DNA of 64,000 nucleotides from Octopus sinensis. Taxonomy: Eukaryota. Location: assembly GCF_006345805.1 (NCBI RefSeq), contig NC_042999.1, positions 145,018,001 to 145,082,000 on the forward strand, in the 5' to 3' direction. Positions 21,695 through 33,580 of this stretch are shown piece after piece. The position numbers and the translations under genes are program-made. Positions within the stretch are counted from its first letter, which is position 1; the number at the start of each line of letters is the position of its first letter. The notes below the pieces were generated by a model. The model was not told the DNA's origin. It did not search any database and saw only the letters and a program-made list of their open reading frames with translations.

Positions 21695-23622
21695 ATATCA
21701 TCATCATCGTTTCATGTCCATTTTCCATGCTGTCATGGGTTGGACGGCTCGACTGGGATCTGCGAAGTCAGGAAGCTGCACCAGGCTCCAATCTGATCTG
21801 ATGGTGTTTCTACAGCTAGATGCCCTTTCTAACGCCAACCACTCCGAGGGTGTAGTGGGTTCTTTTAACGTGCCACCGGCACGGGGCCCAGAGTGGCTGG
21901 CATCAACCACAATCGAATGGTGCCTTTTACGTGCCGCTGGCACGGGATTCCAGTCACAGCGGCACTGGCATCAGCCACGTTCGGATGATGCTTTTTATGT
22001 GCTACCGGCAGTGGGGGGTCACAACTTCAATTTCCATTCGATTTGATTTTGATATTGCTGATGTTGATGGACTTGACTCAATAGGTGTCCTCAAGTATGG
22101 CATGTCGCCCTACGATCAAGGTACTTTTGAGTGGGCTGGTTATGCAACACTGGTGTAGGTTACAGCTGGTTATGTGAAGCTGGTGTAGGATATGCCATGA
22201 ACTCACTTTATTTGATGGGTCTTCTCAGTCACATCATACCTCCTGAGGTTTCGGCTTTTTGTCATTGCCTCTGTGAGGCCCAACATTGGAAGGTCATGCT
22301 TCACCACCTCATCCCATGTCTTCATGGGTCTCCCTCTACCCCAAATACCTTTCACTGTTTGGGAGTGGCACTTCTTCACACAGCTCTCCTCGTCCATCCA
22401 CAATACATGCCCATACCAATGCAAATGTCTCTCTTGCATGCCACATCCAATGCTTCTCATGTCTAATGTTTTTCTCAGGGCGCTTACACTCTGTCGTGTG
22501 TGCACAGTGACATTACACATCCAGCAGATCATGCTAGCTTCATTTCTTTCAAGCCCACACATGTCTTCAGCAGTCACGGCCCATGTTTCACTGCTGTGAA
22601 GCATGGCAGTTCACACACATGCATCGTACAATCTACCTTTCACTCTGAGCGAGAGGGCCTTTGTCACCAGAAGCTTTCTGAACTTTGCCCAGGCTATTCT
22701 TATTCTAATGGTAACACTCTCTGAGCATCCACCACCAAACAGACTAGGTAGTGGAAGCTATCAATTACTTTTAGTTTCTCCCTCTGGCATGTGATGGAGT
22801 CTGTTTTCTGAGCATCTGTGGTGTTTATTGCCCCTGTTCCTCTGCTGCACATGAAAGCTATCTTCTTGGTTAATCTTCCTTTGGTGTTGCTGCACCTCTT
22901 ATATGTCCATAGCTTACACTGAGTAAATCTTATGGAGTTTCTACCTACACCTTTTCTACAGATCGAGTAGAGCCACTTACCTGAAGGGGTGTGTGATGTG
23001 TCCACCTTCCTACTTACTAGAAGTTTGGTCTTTGTAACATTGACTCGAAGGCCTTCGATTCTAAACCTGGCTTCCACACTTTGAAGTTTCTTCTCTAGTT
23101 CCGGTAGTGATTCTGTTATGAGGGCTAGGTCCTCAGCATAGAGGAGCTCCCAGGGGCAACCTGTCTTGAATTCCTCTGTTATTGCCTGGAGGACTATGAT
23201 GAATAAGATGGGCTGAGGGCTGACTCTTGGTGGGCCCCTAATTCTACCTGGAATTCTTCACTATACTCATTTCCAATCGTAACCCTACTGACGGCATCTC
23301 TTTATAGGGCCAGTACACCCCTTATTAACCATTTGTCAATCCCAAGTTTCTGCATCGCCCACCAAATAAGGGATTGGGGGACCCTGTCAAACACTTTCTC
23401 CAAGTCCACAAAAGCTGAATATAGGGGTTTATCTTTAGCTAGGTATTTCTCCTGCAGTTGCCGTACAATGAATATAGCATCAGTGGTGCTTCAACCTGGC
23501 ACAAAACCAAACTGCATTTCATCTAAGCGGACTCTCTCCCTAATTAGTTGGGCTATGACCCTCTCTGTGACCATCATCACCTGATCCAGCAGTTTGATAC
23601 CCCTGTAGTTATTTCTACCTAA
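21695..23622 (-). mobile_element. 5'-truncated RTE-clade LINE
   Basis: RNNYRGIKLLDQVM..LDEMQFGFVPG; GLRVNVTKTK..ICRKGVGRNSI..; LHSSETWAVTAED..RGRPMKTWDEVVKHDL; 3' UTR repeats and (CAT)n tail at 21695. Confidence 0.95.
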
Positions 23623-23625
23623 AGC

Positions 23626-23656
<31 letters not shown>

Positions 23657-24044
23657 CACATGCAGATATATAGTGGCATGTGAAAAGCTCTTCCGAGTGT
23701 TGAACCTCACAGAGGCAATGACGGAGATCTTTGGCACTGTTGTGCTTGAGAAGCCCCATTGAACCAAATAAAATTGCAGTTGTGGAAGATACTGGTGTCA
23801 TGTAAATGGCATCCATTACACTCCGAGTGGTCAGCATTAGGAAGGGCATCTAGCTGTAGAAACCATGCCAAATCTGACTGTTGCTATAATAATGAAGCTA
23901 AAGCACACAGATTGAAGCTGCTTGGCAAAGATTGACCTTGAACTGTGCTATGCATGTGCACTAAGATTTAACGCTCTAGCTCACTTCCACTTTTTATAGC
24001 AGTGCTTGGAATTAAGGTGTGTGGTGTGTAATCGTCGCATTGCC

Positions 24045-24450
24045 ATGACAGTGAAAGCTGTCATGGTGATAACTGCTCAGCGGCCTACACATAGTTGCAG
24101 AAAGTGTATGGTAAGTGGTGTATGAGCTGCATAGAAGTGTACGAGTGTTTTATATGTTTCCATGGTCGTAAAAATGATGATATCGACAAATGTTCTGGGT
24201 GACCCGCAACTAGCAGAACTAAGAAAAACATCGCAGATGTGCATGCAGCTGTGAGAGGAAATTGTCAAATCACCAATTGTGAGTTATCAGAGGATGTGCA
24301 GATTAGTTAGGGTTCAGGCCATTATCACTGAAGATTTGGGTATGTGATGCATGTCTGCCAATTTGTGTGAAAACTGCTTTTAGTTGACCAAAAAGACACT
24401 TGGATTCGAGTTGTACAAGATCTCCTTGGTTGTATCGAAAACAGTGAATA
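24045..24450 (+). mobile_element. Mariner transposase N-terminal (HTH) remnant
   Basis: Decayed ..SGRP.TSRT.ENIADVHAAVR.N..ITI.ELSEDVQIS.GS..IITEDLG...VSAKFV.KLL..DQKDT, read manually across frameshifts. Confidence 0.8.
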
Positions 24451-25019
24451 AACATTCACAGATATTGCAAATAGCTGCCTGGCTGAATAAGAATTCATTA
24501 TATAGAATATAAAGAGTATAAAGTAAAAAACTCTCTGGTATATTTTGTTTTTAAATACAGTACATCTCTAAGAGATGTTTTCTCTGGACAAATGCTGCAG
24601 TGAATTGCCTTTCAGTGTTGTTTTTACATTAAATATGATACATAGATGTAATTTTAATCTAATACTGCTTCCATTGCATCACACACACACACACACACAC
24701 ACACATACGTATGTATGTGTATAATAATGTGTAGCCACAGATACATGTATACACAACATACATGGTACTTTCTAAAATTTTATCTTCTTATTGATTCTTT
24801 AAGAGTGCTATACTTGTAAGCACCTTGAGTTTAAAATACTTTCGTTTTGTAGTTGTGAATATGTATTATTGTTTCTGCTCTTTCTGTTTCATGTTTGTCA
24901 TCCTTCAGCAACATTAACACATATTTACAAAAGTTCTGTATTGTGTCACAAGTCATCATTTGTTTTTAGTGAGGGCTGTTTTTATGTAATACTAAATATG
25001 TACTTTTATATCTATTTAG

Positions 25020-25237
25020 TATTGGGTTGGTGCATAATTATTGCGGCTTTTTTCCAACAAATTTTATTCAACAAAAACAATACCTTCTGCCAAGCAAATG
25101 GAAAGCAGTAATTGAAGTAGATGATGAATATGCCCCGGAATAATCATTTAAAGATGTTTTTGTTACATGTTGTTATTGTTTTTGTTGAATAAAAATTTGT
25201 TAAAAAAAAGCCGCAATAATTATGCACCAACCCAATA
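25020..25237. mobile_element. Mariner-derived MITE with TA target duplication and ~60-bp inverted ends
   Basis: TA-TTGGGTTGGTGCATAATTATTGCGGCTTTTTT ... AAAAAAGCCGCAATAATTATGCACCAACCCAA-TA; the interior retains the transposase C-terminus LPSKWKAVIEVDDEYAPE*. Confidence 0.95.
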
Positions 25238-28200
25238 TTTGTGTATTGTTTAGTAATGCTCTGGTGACAAATGGTTGCTTTGCAGTTGTTTGTAAGTTAC
25301 ATGGCATTAATTACTGTAGAATCAGAGGATTATTGATTTTGTAGTTTTGTGACCAATTGTGTGTGTGTGAGGGGGGTATGATTGTCATTTAATTACCCCA
25401 GTACTCCACTGATTAATGCACAGTGTTACTTGTTACATATTTTATTGCCCCAAACTACAAAACCAAATGGATCCAAGGAGGACTTAAACTTGGTGTATAT
25501 TAAGGGATGAAATCAAGATTGGAAATAATATTTTTATTAAAAAGCCAAGATAACTATAATGTATGATGGTAAACCATTCTATTACATTTTTAAGTCTTCT
25601 TGATTCTCATCATTCTTATTATACCAATCTTCAATGTCTGGCCATGGGAAAATACTATCTTACTTGGAAACATTTAGGGGTTGCAAACAGGAAAGCTATC
25701 CAGATGTAGAAAATCTGCCCCAACAAATTCTGTCCAACGCATGCAAGCATGGAAAAGTGGACACTAAAGCAATGATGATGATACTAATTTTTGTGGTAAA
25801 ATAATTAGTAAAGCGTGTTACTAATTTTTGTGAGGCCATAAATAATTGCGTAAGTATAGTAATTAGATGAGTTAAATAATTAGTAAATTGTTACTAATTT
25901 TTCCATTGTGCATCGTACACACACACACACACACACACACATATAATAAATATTACAGTGTGTGTAGAATAATGTTTGACCCTTTATTTGTGGAATAACT
26001 TAGTAGTGAAACTTCTTTTCGTTACTAACCCATAGTCATTGCAGGCGCTCTGACACTACTGAGCTTGATGTTGTTAATGTTCTGTTTAAACTGTTGCAAG
26101 TAACATTTATAATTAAGACTGGTCTCCAGGCAAGTTAACAAAGGAGCAGTTACATGGTCACTCAACATGTGAATAGCAGACAAATCTTTCTCAAATCATA
26201 CCCTATTATCTTAAAATAGGTAGGACACATTAGATAATGTAGTCTCTAGATTACATTGTTTGGAAATAAAGGTGAGATGGTCTGACCACTACAAGCTCAT
26301 GAAGGAACTGTTATATGGTCTATTGACTTGTTAGAAATAACAGCCAAATCTCCCTCAAATCACATTTGTAAAAACATAGGAATCATTGAATTATGTTGTT
26401 TTAGCTAAACTGTCTGAAAAAAAAATTTGCAAGAATCACAGCTGGAACATCTTTGATCATTTGTCTACTTGACTCAAGGTTAAACTACTACCACTGTTGG
26501 CTAAAAATATTGATTCATAGCTTTGCTCTAATGAAAACAATTTGTTAGCTATGCTTAATCTTTAGTGTGGTAGGCATTAGATATTTTTCTGCAGTCGTGT
26601 ATTATTGACTAACCATGTCATATGACTGTTTCAATTCCCTGTAGAAACTATTTCACTTAGATTTCACTGTACATTTCCATCACAAATGTCAGTGAGCAAT
26701 TTATGTAATTGTTGTTGTTGAGCCCTGAACCTGATCAAGCAAAAACCTATGGTCAGACATTCCAGCTGTGAATAACCCATTTCTCTTTTCTTTTTAGATT
26801 TGCATGTGTATAGTACATTTTTGGCAACAAGTTGGATTAATAAATTACTAGTGCATTAAGTGTTTTGTTTTAATGCTATGATTCACTAGCTGCCAAAAAT
26901 ACATTATATATGCAAATTGGTCTGTATGATTTACTGAAACCTTTAGTAATAGTGATTATAAGCAGTGTCTCTATGGACAGTTAAAGAGGGTACTCAGTCA
27001 CTTTTTTTATGCAAAATTCAAAGAATCTCCTGTAAATTTTGAAAGTACAAATATTTTATATCTAGACAAATGTGTGAATCTGACTTAGGGCATGCTCTCC
27101 ACCTGGTATATGAATCATTATGCAATACAGCCTTTTGATAATCTATTTGTAAAGTTACTTTATATTCTTCACTACAATTTTAATATTAATATGTACCTTA
27201 TACTTTCTACTGAGTGTAGTGTTTGATGGTATGAACCAATACTTGTCTATTTTGAACTCATGTCTGTATAATTGTAGACTGTAGGATCAACCACCATGAT
27301 CTTCAGATTGGTGTCTGTAATATGGATATGGGTTTTCAGTCATAGTTTGTGATTGTTCAGAAATCCTTTTTGACATTTACGTTTCTTAACCAGATTTCCA
27401 TTGACCACTCTTATTGATGTATCCCCAGGGTTCATGGATCATGTTCTGTTTTTTTAATCACATCAAACAACAAACGGTTCCTTTCCATACATGAAATCTC
27501 AGCACAAATAATTTTCTGGGTTTGTAATCTCATATTAAATGAATTTGAACAAATGCCAATCCTCTTTCCTGGTCTTACCTTTCATTGGTAATCCTCTTTA
27601 AATAAATCACGAAGAAGCTGCTTCAGCTTTTAGTGTAACACTCTTACTCTAACACTTGGTCAATTGCTTGGTTTTTCACCCGGAAAAAGGTACAACTTAA
27701 TCTCTTTCCATTCTAGGTTTATTGTAGAAGTTTGGCTGGTAATATTCATGGAAACTTGAAATACTTCTGCATATCACCCTGTTAATCCATATACACTAGT
27801 TTGTAATAGGATTCTGTTTCCTCCTCCAATTCCATCATTCCTATTTACATTCCTATTGACAAGTCTTTAGTGTCTGTGCACACAAATTGTTTTGGGATTT
27901 ATGTCTGCTCCATGTTAATCTTTGTTTTTTTTCCATAACAAAGCTGTCAGCTTCATATATTGCTGGTTGATTCTCCTTGTTATTATCTTGAAATCTTATT
28001 CAAGCTGCACTTACAATGTGTAGCAGTACAGGAGAAATCTAGTTACTTCTGATATGCTTAACATTCGTTGTGTATTTATTCATCAGTGCCAAAAGGAAAT
28101 GTGAAAACCTAGTAATGAATATCATAACTTTGATGCATATTACTTGTATACAAGTTGCCCCAACATTCACAGACAAGCATGTACAGGCTTTCTGAAGAAC

Positions 28201-29816
28201 CACTGCAATATGTGTGTGAATCTGAGATGTTCAATAAAATCATGATTAACTGATCCTCTTGTATTTTCTTTTATCCAAAGCTAGGAACTTTTCAGCACCC
28301 CTTGTACATATTGATCCTGAAAATGTTTCAACTCACATAGGAGACAGCAAAGCTGTGTTGATTAGTATCAGACAGTGCAGAAGACAACTGCCCCACCACC
28401 CATGTGTAGGATTGGCAAAACAATGTTAAACTTGGTAGAGATAGAGGCAGGGAGGCATCACACACACATTGTCATGCCTATATTTTCTGCCTCACCTTCT
28501 TTGATGTCCTCTCATCTCTCTAACATTCTTAGAACTTGTCCCTTTATCACTCCAGTGCTTCTGGTTGGTTCATTTTCTGTTGACAAAATTATTTCTTTAT
28601 CAAATATCTAGGTTACTTGTTCCAATCGACTGATTTTCTAAAGTTGCCATGATCAGCTGAGTGTTTAGAGGAACACTTGTGTTTTTGAATTCTTTTTTTC
28701 TGAGGTTTTAACCACCAACAAAATTCAGTTGGTCAGTCCTTTTGTGACATCAGCAAATAGTATTTAAAAGTATTGTGTTTACTTATACAGTGATTTGAAT
28801 GAAGTTAGGGTTTGAATCCTGGAGGAAGCCTGTTTACCTTTTGACTTAATTTTATTATCTTTGTTGTTTCTAGTTGTTTTAGTTGGGTTGAATAAACTTT
28901 TATATTTCTTAAGAAAACATATTTTCTTATTTAATCAGAATTGGATAGAGGTGTTCCCACTGTATTGATATAAAGGGAAAATTTTGTTTTTGGGATGTCT
29001 GTTGCACAAACGATTTATTGCTTTGAACCCTATTGATCTCTCAATCAAAATGTATTATTAAGAAGTTTATTGAAAATTTGAACTTTTAACATTTTCCTGT
29101 TGTGAAATTTATTGAATACTTGAATTTTAATGAACATTTGATTTTTTTTTTTTTAGCATGCTTTGCTACTTAAACATTTTTTCCTGTGCATTCACCTTCT
29201 CTTAAACTCAATTTTTTAAAAATTATTTACCATAGAGAAACAAAAAGAAATTCCAAAGCTGATATTGTATTTTAAATTTGTAAATATTAAAGAAAAATAG
29301 ACTACAATTGGTTTTAACACTTAGATGCATTTTCAATCTGTTGTCTCCTTGTTTTGGCATCACATGATTGCTGTAAATGAACTTTCCAGCATTCTATGAA
29401 AATGGGTCGAGCTATAAGGAAATATTTCATTGCATGGTAAGTGTTAGCAAAAGGAGGGACATCCAGCTATAGAAAATCTTCCCCAAAAAACTCTATCCAG
29501 AACATGCAAGCATGGAAAAGTGGACGTGATGAAGAGGATGATCATACACACACACACACAGCGGTAAGAATGTGATGGTACCAAGTAGAAGCTCGCATGC
29601 AGTACCACGTTGAAAGCATCCAGCACACACTGTAAAGTAGGTTGGCAATAGGAAGGACATCCAGCCAACCATAGTAATCAGGCTAAATCAAACTGGTACC
29701 TGGTGCAGATCTCCAGCTTGCCAGCTCTGGTCAAGCTGTCCAATCCATGCCAGCATATAAAATAGACATTAAAGGATGATGATAATCTATATATATAAAT
29801 ATATATACATACACAG

Positions 29817-29849
<33 letters not shown>

Positions 29850-29909
29850 CAAGCGTACACGCACACATGTATGTATATATATATATATATGTATATTTAT
29901 ATATAATGT

Positions 29910-30995
29910 TTGTATATATGTTTATATATATATAAACACCCGAATGCGAGAGCTGGCGTCCCGACCCATCACATAGATAGGAATAAGCATATATGGTTTG
30001 TAATTCCCTTTGGTAAGCAGATTAGAACTAACCTCCCCCTCATGTTTAGACAAGCTATCGCCAATAACTTCCCCAGAAATTCCAAATATTACTCCACGGT
30101 TAACTCGCATAAAGTTAGGATAGCTTTCTCCTACACTAAAAACCTCGCCCAGATAATCGCCTCCCATAATAATAGGCTGCTTACTAAGACCCATTCACCT
30201 TTTTCCGGAGGCACAGCCTCTTCCGCTCCCGGTTTAATGCTCAGTAGGAATAATTATAGTAGGAATAATGATATGAGAGCCAGTACAGTGACTCATAATC
30301 TCAGCTCCAGCCAGGGATTACACACTAGGGGTATAGTTATAAATAGGGGTGTTGTAGTTGACGGTAACAATGGCAGTAGGGTAGAGAGTCCCAATAGCAA
30401 CCCCAGCATCATTTCCGGCAATAGCAGCACCACGGGCACTAGCAATGACAGCACTCTGATAGATAGTGGAGAATCAGGGGTTATTCCGTTAGTTAATAGT
30501 GACGTAGTGGAAAATAAAGTAGTAAGCGGCTGCAGTTCTCGTAACAAATATAGTGACAGTAACGCAGTTCTAATTTCAGAAACTAATCCTAGCAGAATAA
30601 GATTCACGTCGGCGAACTCCAAGATCAGAAACGCCGTCTACCAATGCAAGGTTTACACGGACTCAGATGTCTACGCTTATGTAGGGGCCTCATCGTCAAG
30701 ATTGGCTTTGCGAATCTCCAATCATTACGCAACATTTCGAGACATGAACAAGCGCCAGACCACGGGACTCAGCAAGCTAATATGGCGATTGAAGGATACG
30801 AACTCAAGCTACAGGCTGGAATGGTCAATTTTGTCGGTGGCCCTCCCATTTGATAGGGGCAGAAGGAAGTGCAACCTTTGTGTCTCCGAACTCTTCCATA
30901 TATTGTTCGCCAGAGACCGGATGGTAAACGGACTTTTACAGTCGGCTTTTCGATGCCCCCATTGGCGGCGTTACACTTATCTGGCTTATAAATAA
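29910..30995 (+). CDS. PLE polyprotein C-terminal part: post-RT linker, low-complexity insert and GIY-YIG-type endonuclease (361 codons open; the ORF-track start lies in microsatellite and is not a real start)
   Basis: KHIWFVIPFGKQIRTNL..NNFP..KVRIAFSYTKNLAQIIASHN resembles IIWFNPP.SK.V.TNI..KHFP..VKVSYSC.PN...II..HN. NAVYQCKV..YAYVGASS..R..NHYATF..TTGLSKLIWRLK..LEWSIL..CNLCVSE..RCPH matches the PLE GIY-YIG C-terminus. Confidence 0.8.
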   Translation: MYICLYIYKHPNARAGVPTHHIDRNKHIWFVIPFGKQIRTNLPLMFRQAIANNFPRNSKYYSTVNSHKVRIAFSYTKNLAQIIASHNNRLLTKTHSPFSGGTASSAPGLMLSRNNYSRNNDMRASTVTHNLSSSQGLHTRGIVINRGVVVDGNNGSRVESPNSNPSIISGNSSTTGTSNDSTLIDSGESGVIPLVNSDVVENKVVSGCSSRNKYSDSNAVLISETNPSRIRFTSANSKIRNAVYQCKVYTDSDVYAYVGASSSRLALRISNHYATFRDMNKRQTTGLSKLIWRLKDTNSSYRLEWSILSVALPFDRGRRKCNLCVSELFHILFARDRMVNGLLQSAFRCPHWRRYTYLAYK

Positions 30996-31919
30996 TACCT
31001 GCACCCATAGCCCTTGGTAATAAATTCTGAAATAGCCTTTAAGATAATTACGATTAACCACTGCAAGGGGAATTACTCCTGTGAGATAAACGGGGCTTTG
31101 TTTTTGACGACGGGGGGTTTCCTTGACAAGGCATGATTAGACGAACACACGCACACATAAAACATAAAATATTTTTCTGCCACCCAACGGTTTTTACTGC
31201 AGTAGCCATTGTGTAGAGCTGTTTAACAACTGACAGCCGAGCGATCAAACGCACACACGTACACAAAAAATGTTTTCTACCCCTTGACGGAGTTCTCAGC
31301 AGTGACCAGAAAATAGCGCTTCTTGCCAACCTGCGCCAGCACACATATATAGAACAGTAAACACACACATGTCTCTAAGTAGATTTTTTCTCGCCCCTTA
31401 TAATACATCCAATATTCTTTAAATAGTCAGAACTTTATTCTCGGTCACAAAGAACATCTACACACCCTCACCCACAGGAATGACCGCTGCCTGACCCGTT
31501 AACATCTTCAACCACCGGTTCTCAACATACACTGATAAGCAGTTTTGCCATGGGCTCTTAGGAGCCTAGTTCGATTTGTTTTGCTCCGCCTCTGTTCTGT
31601 TTTTGTTTTTTCCAACGGATTTCCTATTTCTTCCTGAAGAGAAAGACACAATATGGTCTCATTATTCAATCGGATTTTGGTAAATTGTGCCTTTCGAAAC
31701 ACGTGTAGAATGAAATAAAACGATTTCTGTTCAATCTTCGTTCAGCTCCATTTCTTCAATTCACCAATAATATTAAAATTCAATTATCCGCACCAACGCA
31801 CGGTTGCAACACCATATGGTTGTACCTCCAACCGTGCTGTCTTCTGCTGTGATTTTTGCTACCAAGGTATCGGTTAAACTTTTGATTAATCTGCTACAAG
31901 ATTATTCATCTTTCTATTT

Positions 31920-31920
<1 letters not shown>
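29935..31920 (+). mobile_element. 5'-truncated Penelope-like element (C-terminal GIY-YIG, long 3' UTR, hammerhead), flanked by (TA)n
   Basis: Open ORF to 30995, CpG-rich non-coding tail, HHR at 31625-31717, abrupt boundaries at TA microsatellites. Confidence 0.8.
31625..31717 (+). ncRNA. Type I hammerhead ribozyme with intact canonical core
   Basis: tatttcttc-CTGAAGA-gaaag.cacaat...attgtg.ctttc-GAAA-CACGTG-TA^gaa(t)gaaata. 9-bp stem I, palindromic ACACGUGU stem III, cut after 31707. Confidence 0.9.
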
Positions 31921-31964
<44 letters not shown>

Positions 31965-32104
31965 GTATGAATGCACACAGGTGTATGCATACATGTTTAT
32001 AAATGTATATATGTTTATGTATATATATATATGTTTATATATACATATGTTTATATCGTTAGCCACTACACACATTTTATTCTCTCCTTGCTTTTTCTGT
32101 GTCC

Positions 32105-32140
32105 CTTTCTGTAGAAGAGCGTAGGCTCGAAACGTAAAAG
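32105..32140 (+). ncRNA. Minimal hammerhead-like motif with variant core CUGUAGA
   Basis: CUUU-CUGUAGA-A-GAGC/GUAG/GCUC-GAAA-CG-UA^AAAG; all helices are perfect but position 6 is U instead of A. Lies in a short AT-rich repeat (~32055-32235) next to (TA)n. Confidence 0.6.
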
Positions 32141-33319
32141 ACTTTTTCTATTCCTGAGCGTTATACTAATACATCTGTTTGTTTTGTACACCACCTGTCT
32201 TTGTCTTTTGTTTTTTTTTGTAAACTCTCCCTATATGTATATCAGGGACAGGCCACCTGGGTAGTGCCTACTCTGAATAAAATAGATCGATAGTAACATT
32301 TTCCTTTTATGGCAAAATATGCACCACATTCAGTAAAATTGTGAATGTTACTCTGATTTTTTGTTTTTGTAGATTAGGTAGGCATAATTTGCCTCTGCCT
32401 TTCAATCTCAGTATTAAAGCTATGCATAGTACTGCTGTAGCACACAAGCTGTGTACATTCCTACAAGAACATTTTCTTTATGTACTATAAAGGCAGAAGT
32501 AAATCTACCTCCATCTCAGTTGCACGCCTGTGTTTCACTTACTTTTTTGTGTTTTACTACATAAACTTCACCAATTGCCTACCCTGAGTAATTAATGAGG
32601 GCACATGCATTATATATATATATATTTGTGTGTCTGTGTTTGTCCCTCCACCATTGCTTGACAACCAGTGTTGGGGTGTTTTTGTCCTTGTAACTTAGTG
32701 GTTCGGCAAAAGTGACTGATAGAATAAGTACTAGGCTTACAAAGAATAAGTACTGGGTGAATTTGTTCGACTAAAGGTAGTGCTCCAGCATGATTGTAAA
32801 GAATAAAAAAATACATATATATATATTGTCAATGTTCCAAAATGTATAAATTCAAAGATTTTTATGTAATTGCCCTTATGAAAGAGATACGTAGGGAAGA
32901 AAATTTCAGCTGGTTTGAGCGAGAAAGACAAGTGAGATATAGAGAGAAAGAAAAAGTGAAACAGTATTGGAAAAAAAAGTGAGTGTGAAAGAATGACGAG
33001 GAATAGAAAGAACTGCAAAGATAATGAAAATAGCTTCCCTGTATTTGTTGTATGGCCAGAATGATTCATCTTCACATGCGTACTATTTAACATAATTTAC
33101 ATTGACAATTAACAATAAAACAAAACAAAACAATATGGTCTAAATCATATTGAAGAGACCTATCCTTCTCAGGAGTATTGTTTTGCTTTGGACTTTCTAT
33201 AAAGTTTAAGTATTATCTAAATTTTTAATGTGCATCCTTTGTTTGTATATGAATATCAGAAATGGTAGGTTCTTTGCAGCAGTAGTTGTCACTCCTGCTC
33301 GACAAGACCTATTTTCATC

Positions 33320-33580
33320 AACGGTATTGCAGTTGTCATCATTGTGTCCTTGAGCAAGATGCTTTATTTCACAGTGCTTCAGTTCACTCAGCTGGCAAAA
33401 ATGAGTTGTACCTGTATTTCAAGGGGCCAGCCATGTCACACTGAATCTTGCTGAGAAGTATATGAAGGGCTACGTGTCTGTGGAGTGCTCAGCCACTTGC
33501 ATGTTAATCTCACGAGCAAGCTGTTCTATTGATCGGATCAACTGGAAACCTCCTCGTTGTGACCGACGGAGTGCCAGGAG
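33320..33580 (+). mobile_element. SINE (tgtccttgagcaag..cactcagctggcaaaaatgagt family)
   Basis: Related copies at 49035-49365 (+, with head) and 62530-62825 (-). Confidence 0.75.

Noticed and set aside
27290-28760. Possible very old LINE RT remnants
   Set aside because: Only faint motif resemblance; I could not reconstruct a convincing frame or clade. Needs a profile search.
30293-30622. Antisense ORFs to the PLE ORF (also 29922-30194 and 30769-31008)
   Set aside because: They are shadows of an open, biased sense frame with no independent motifs.
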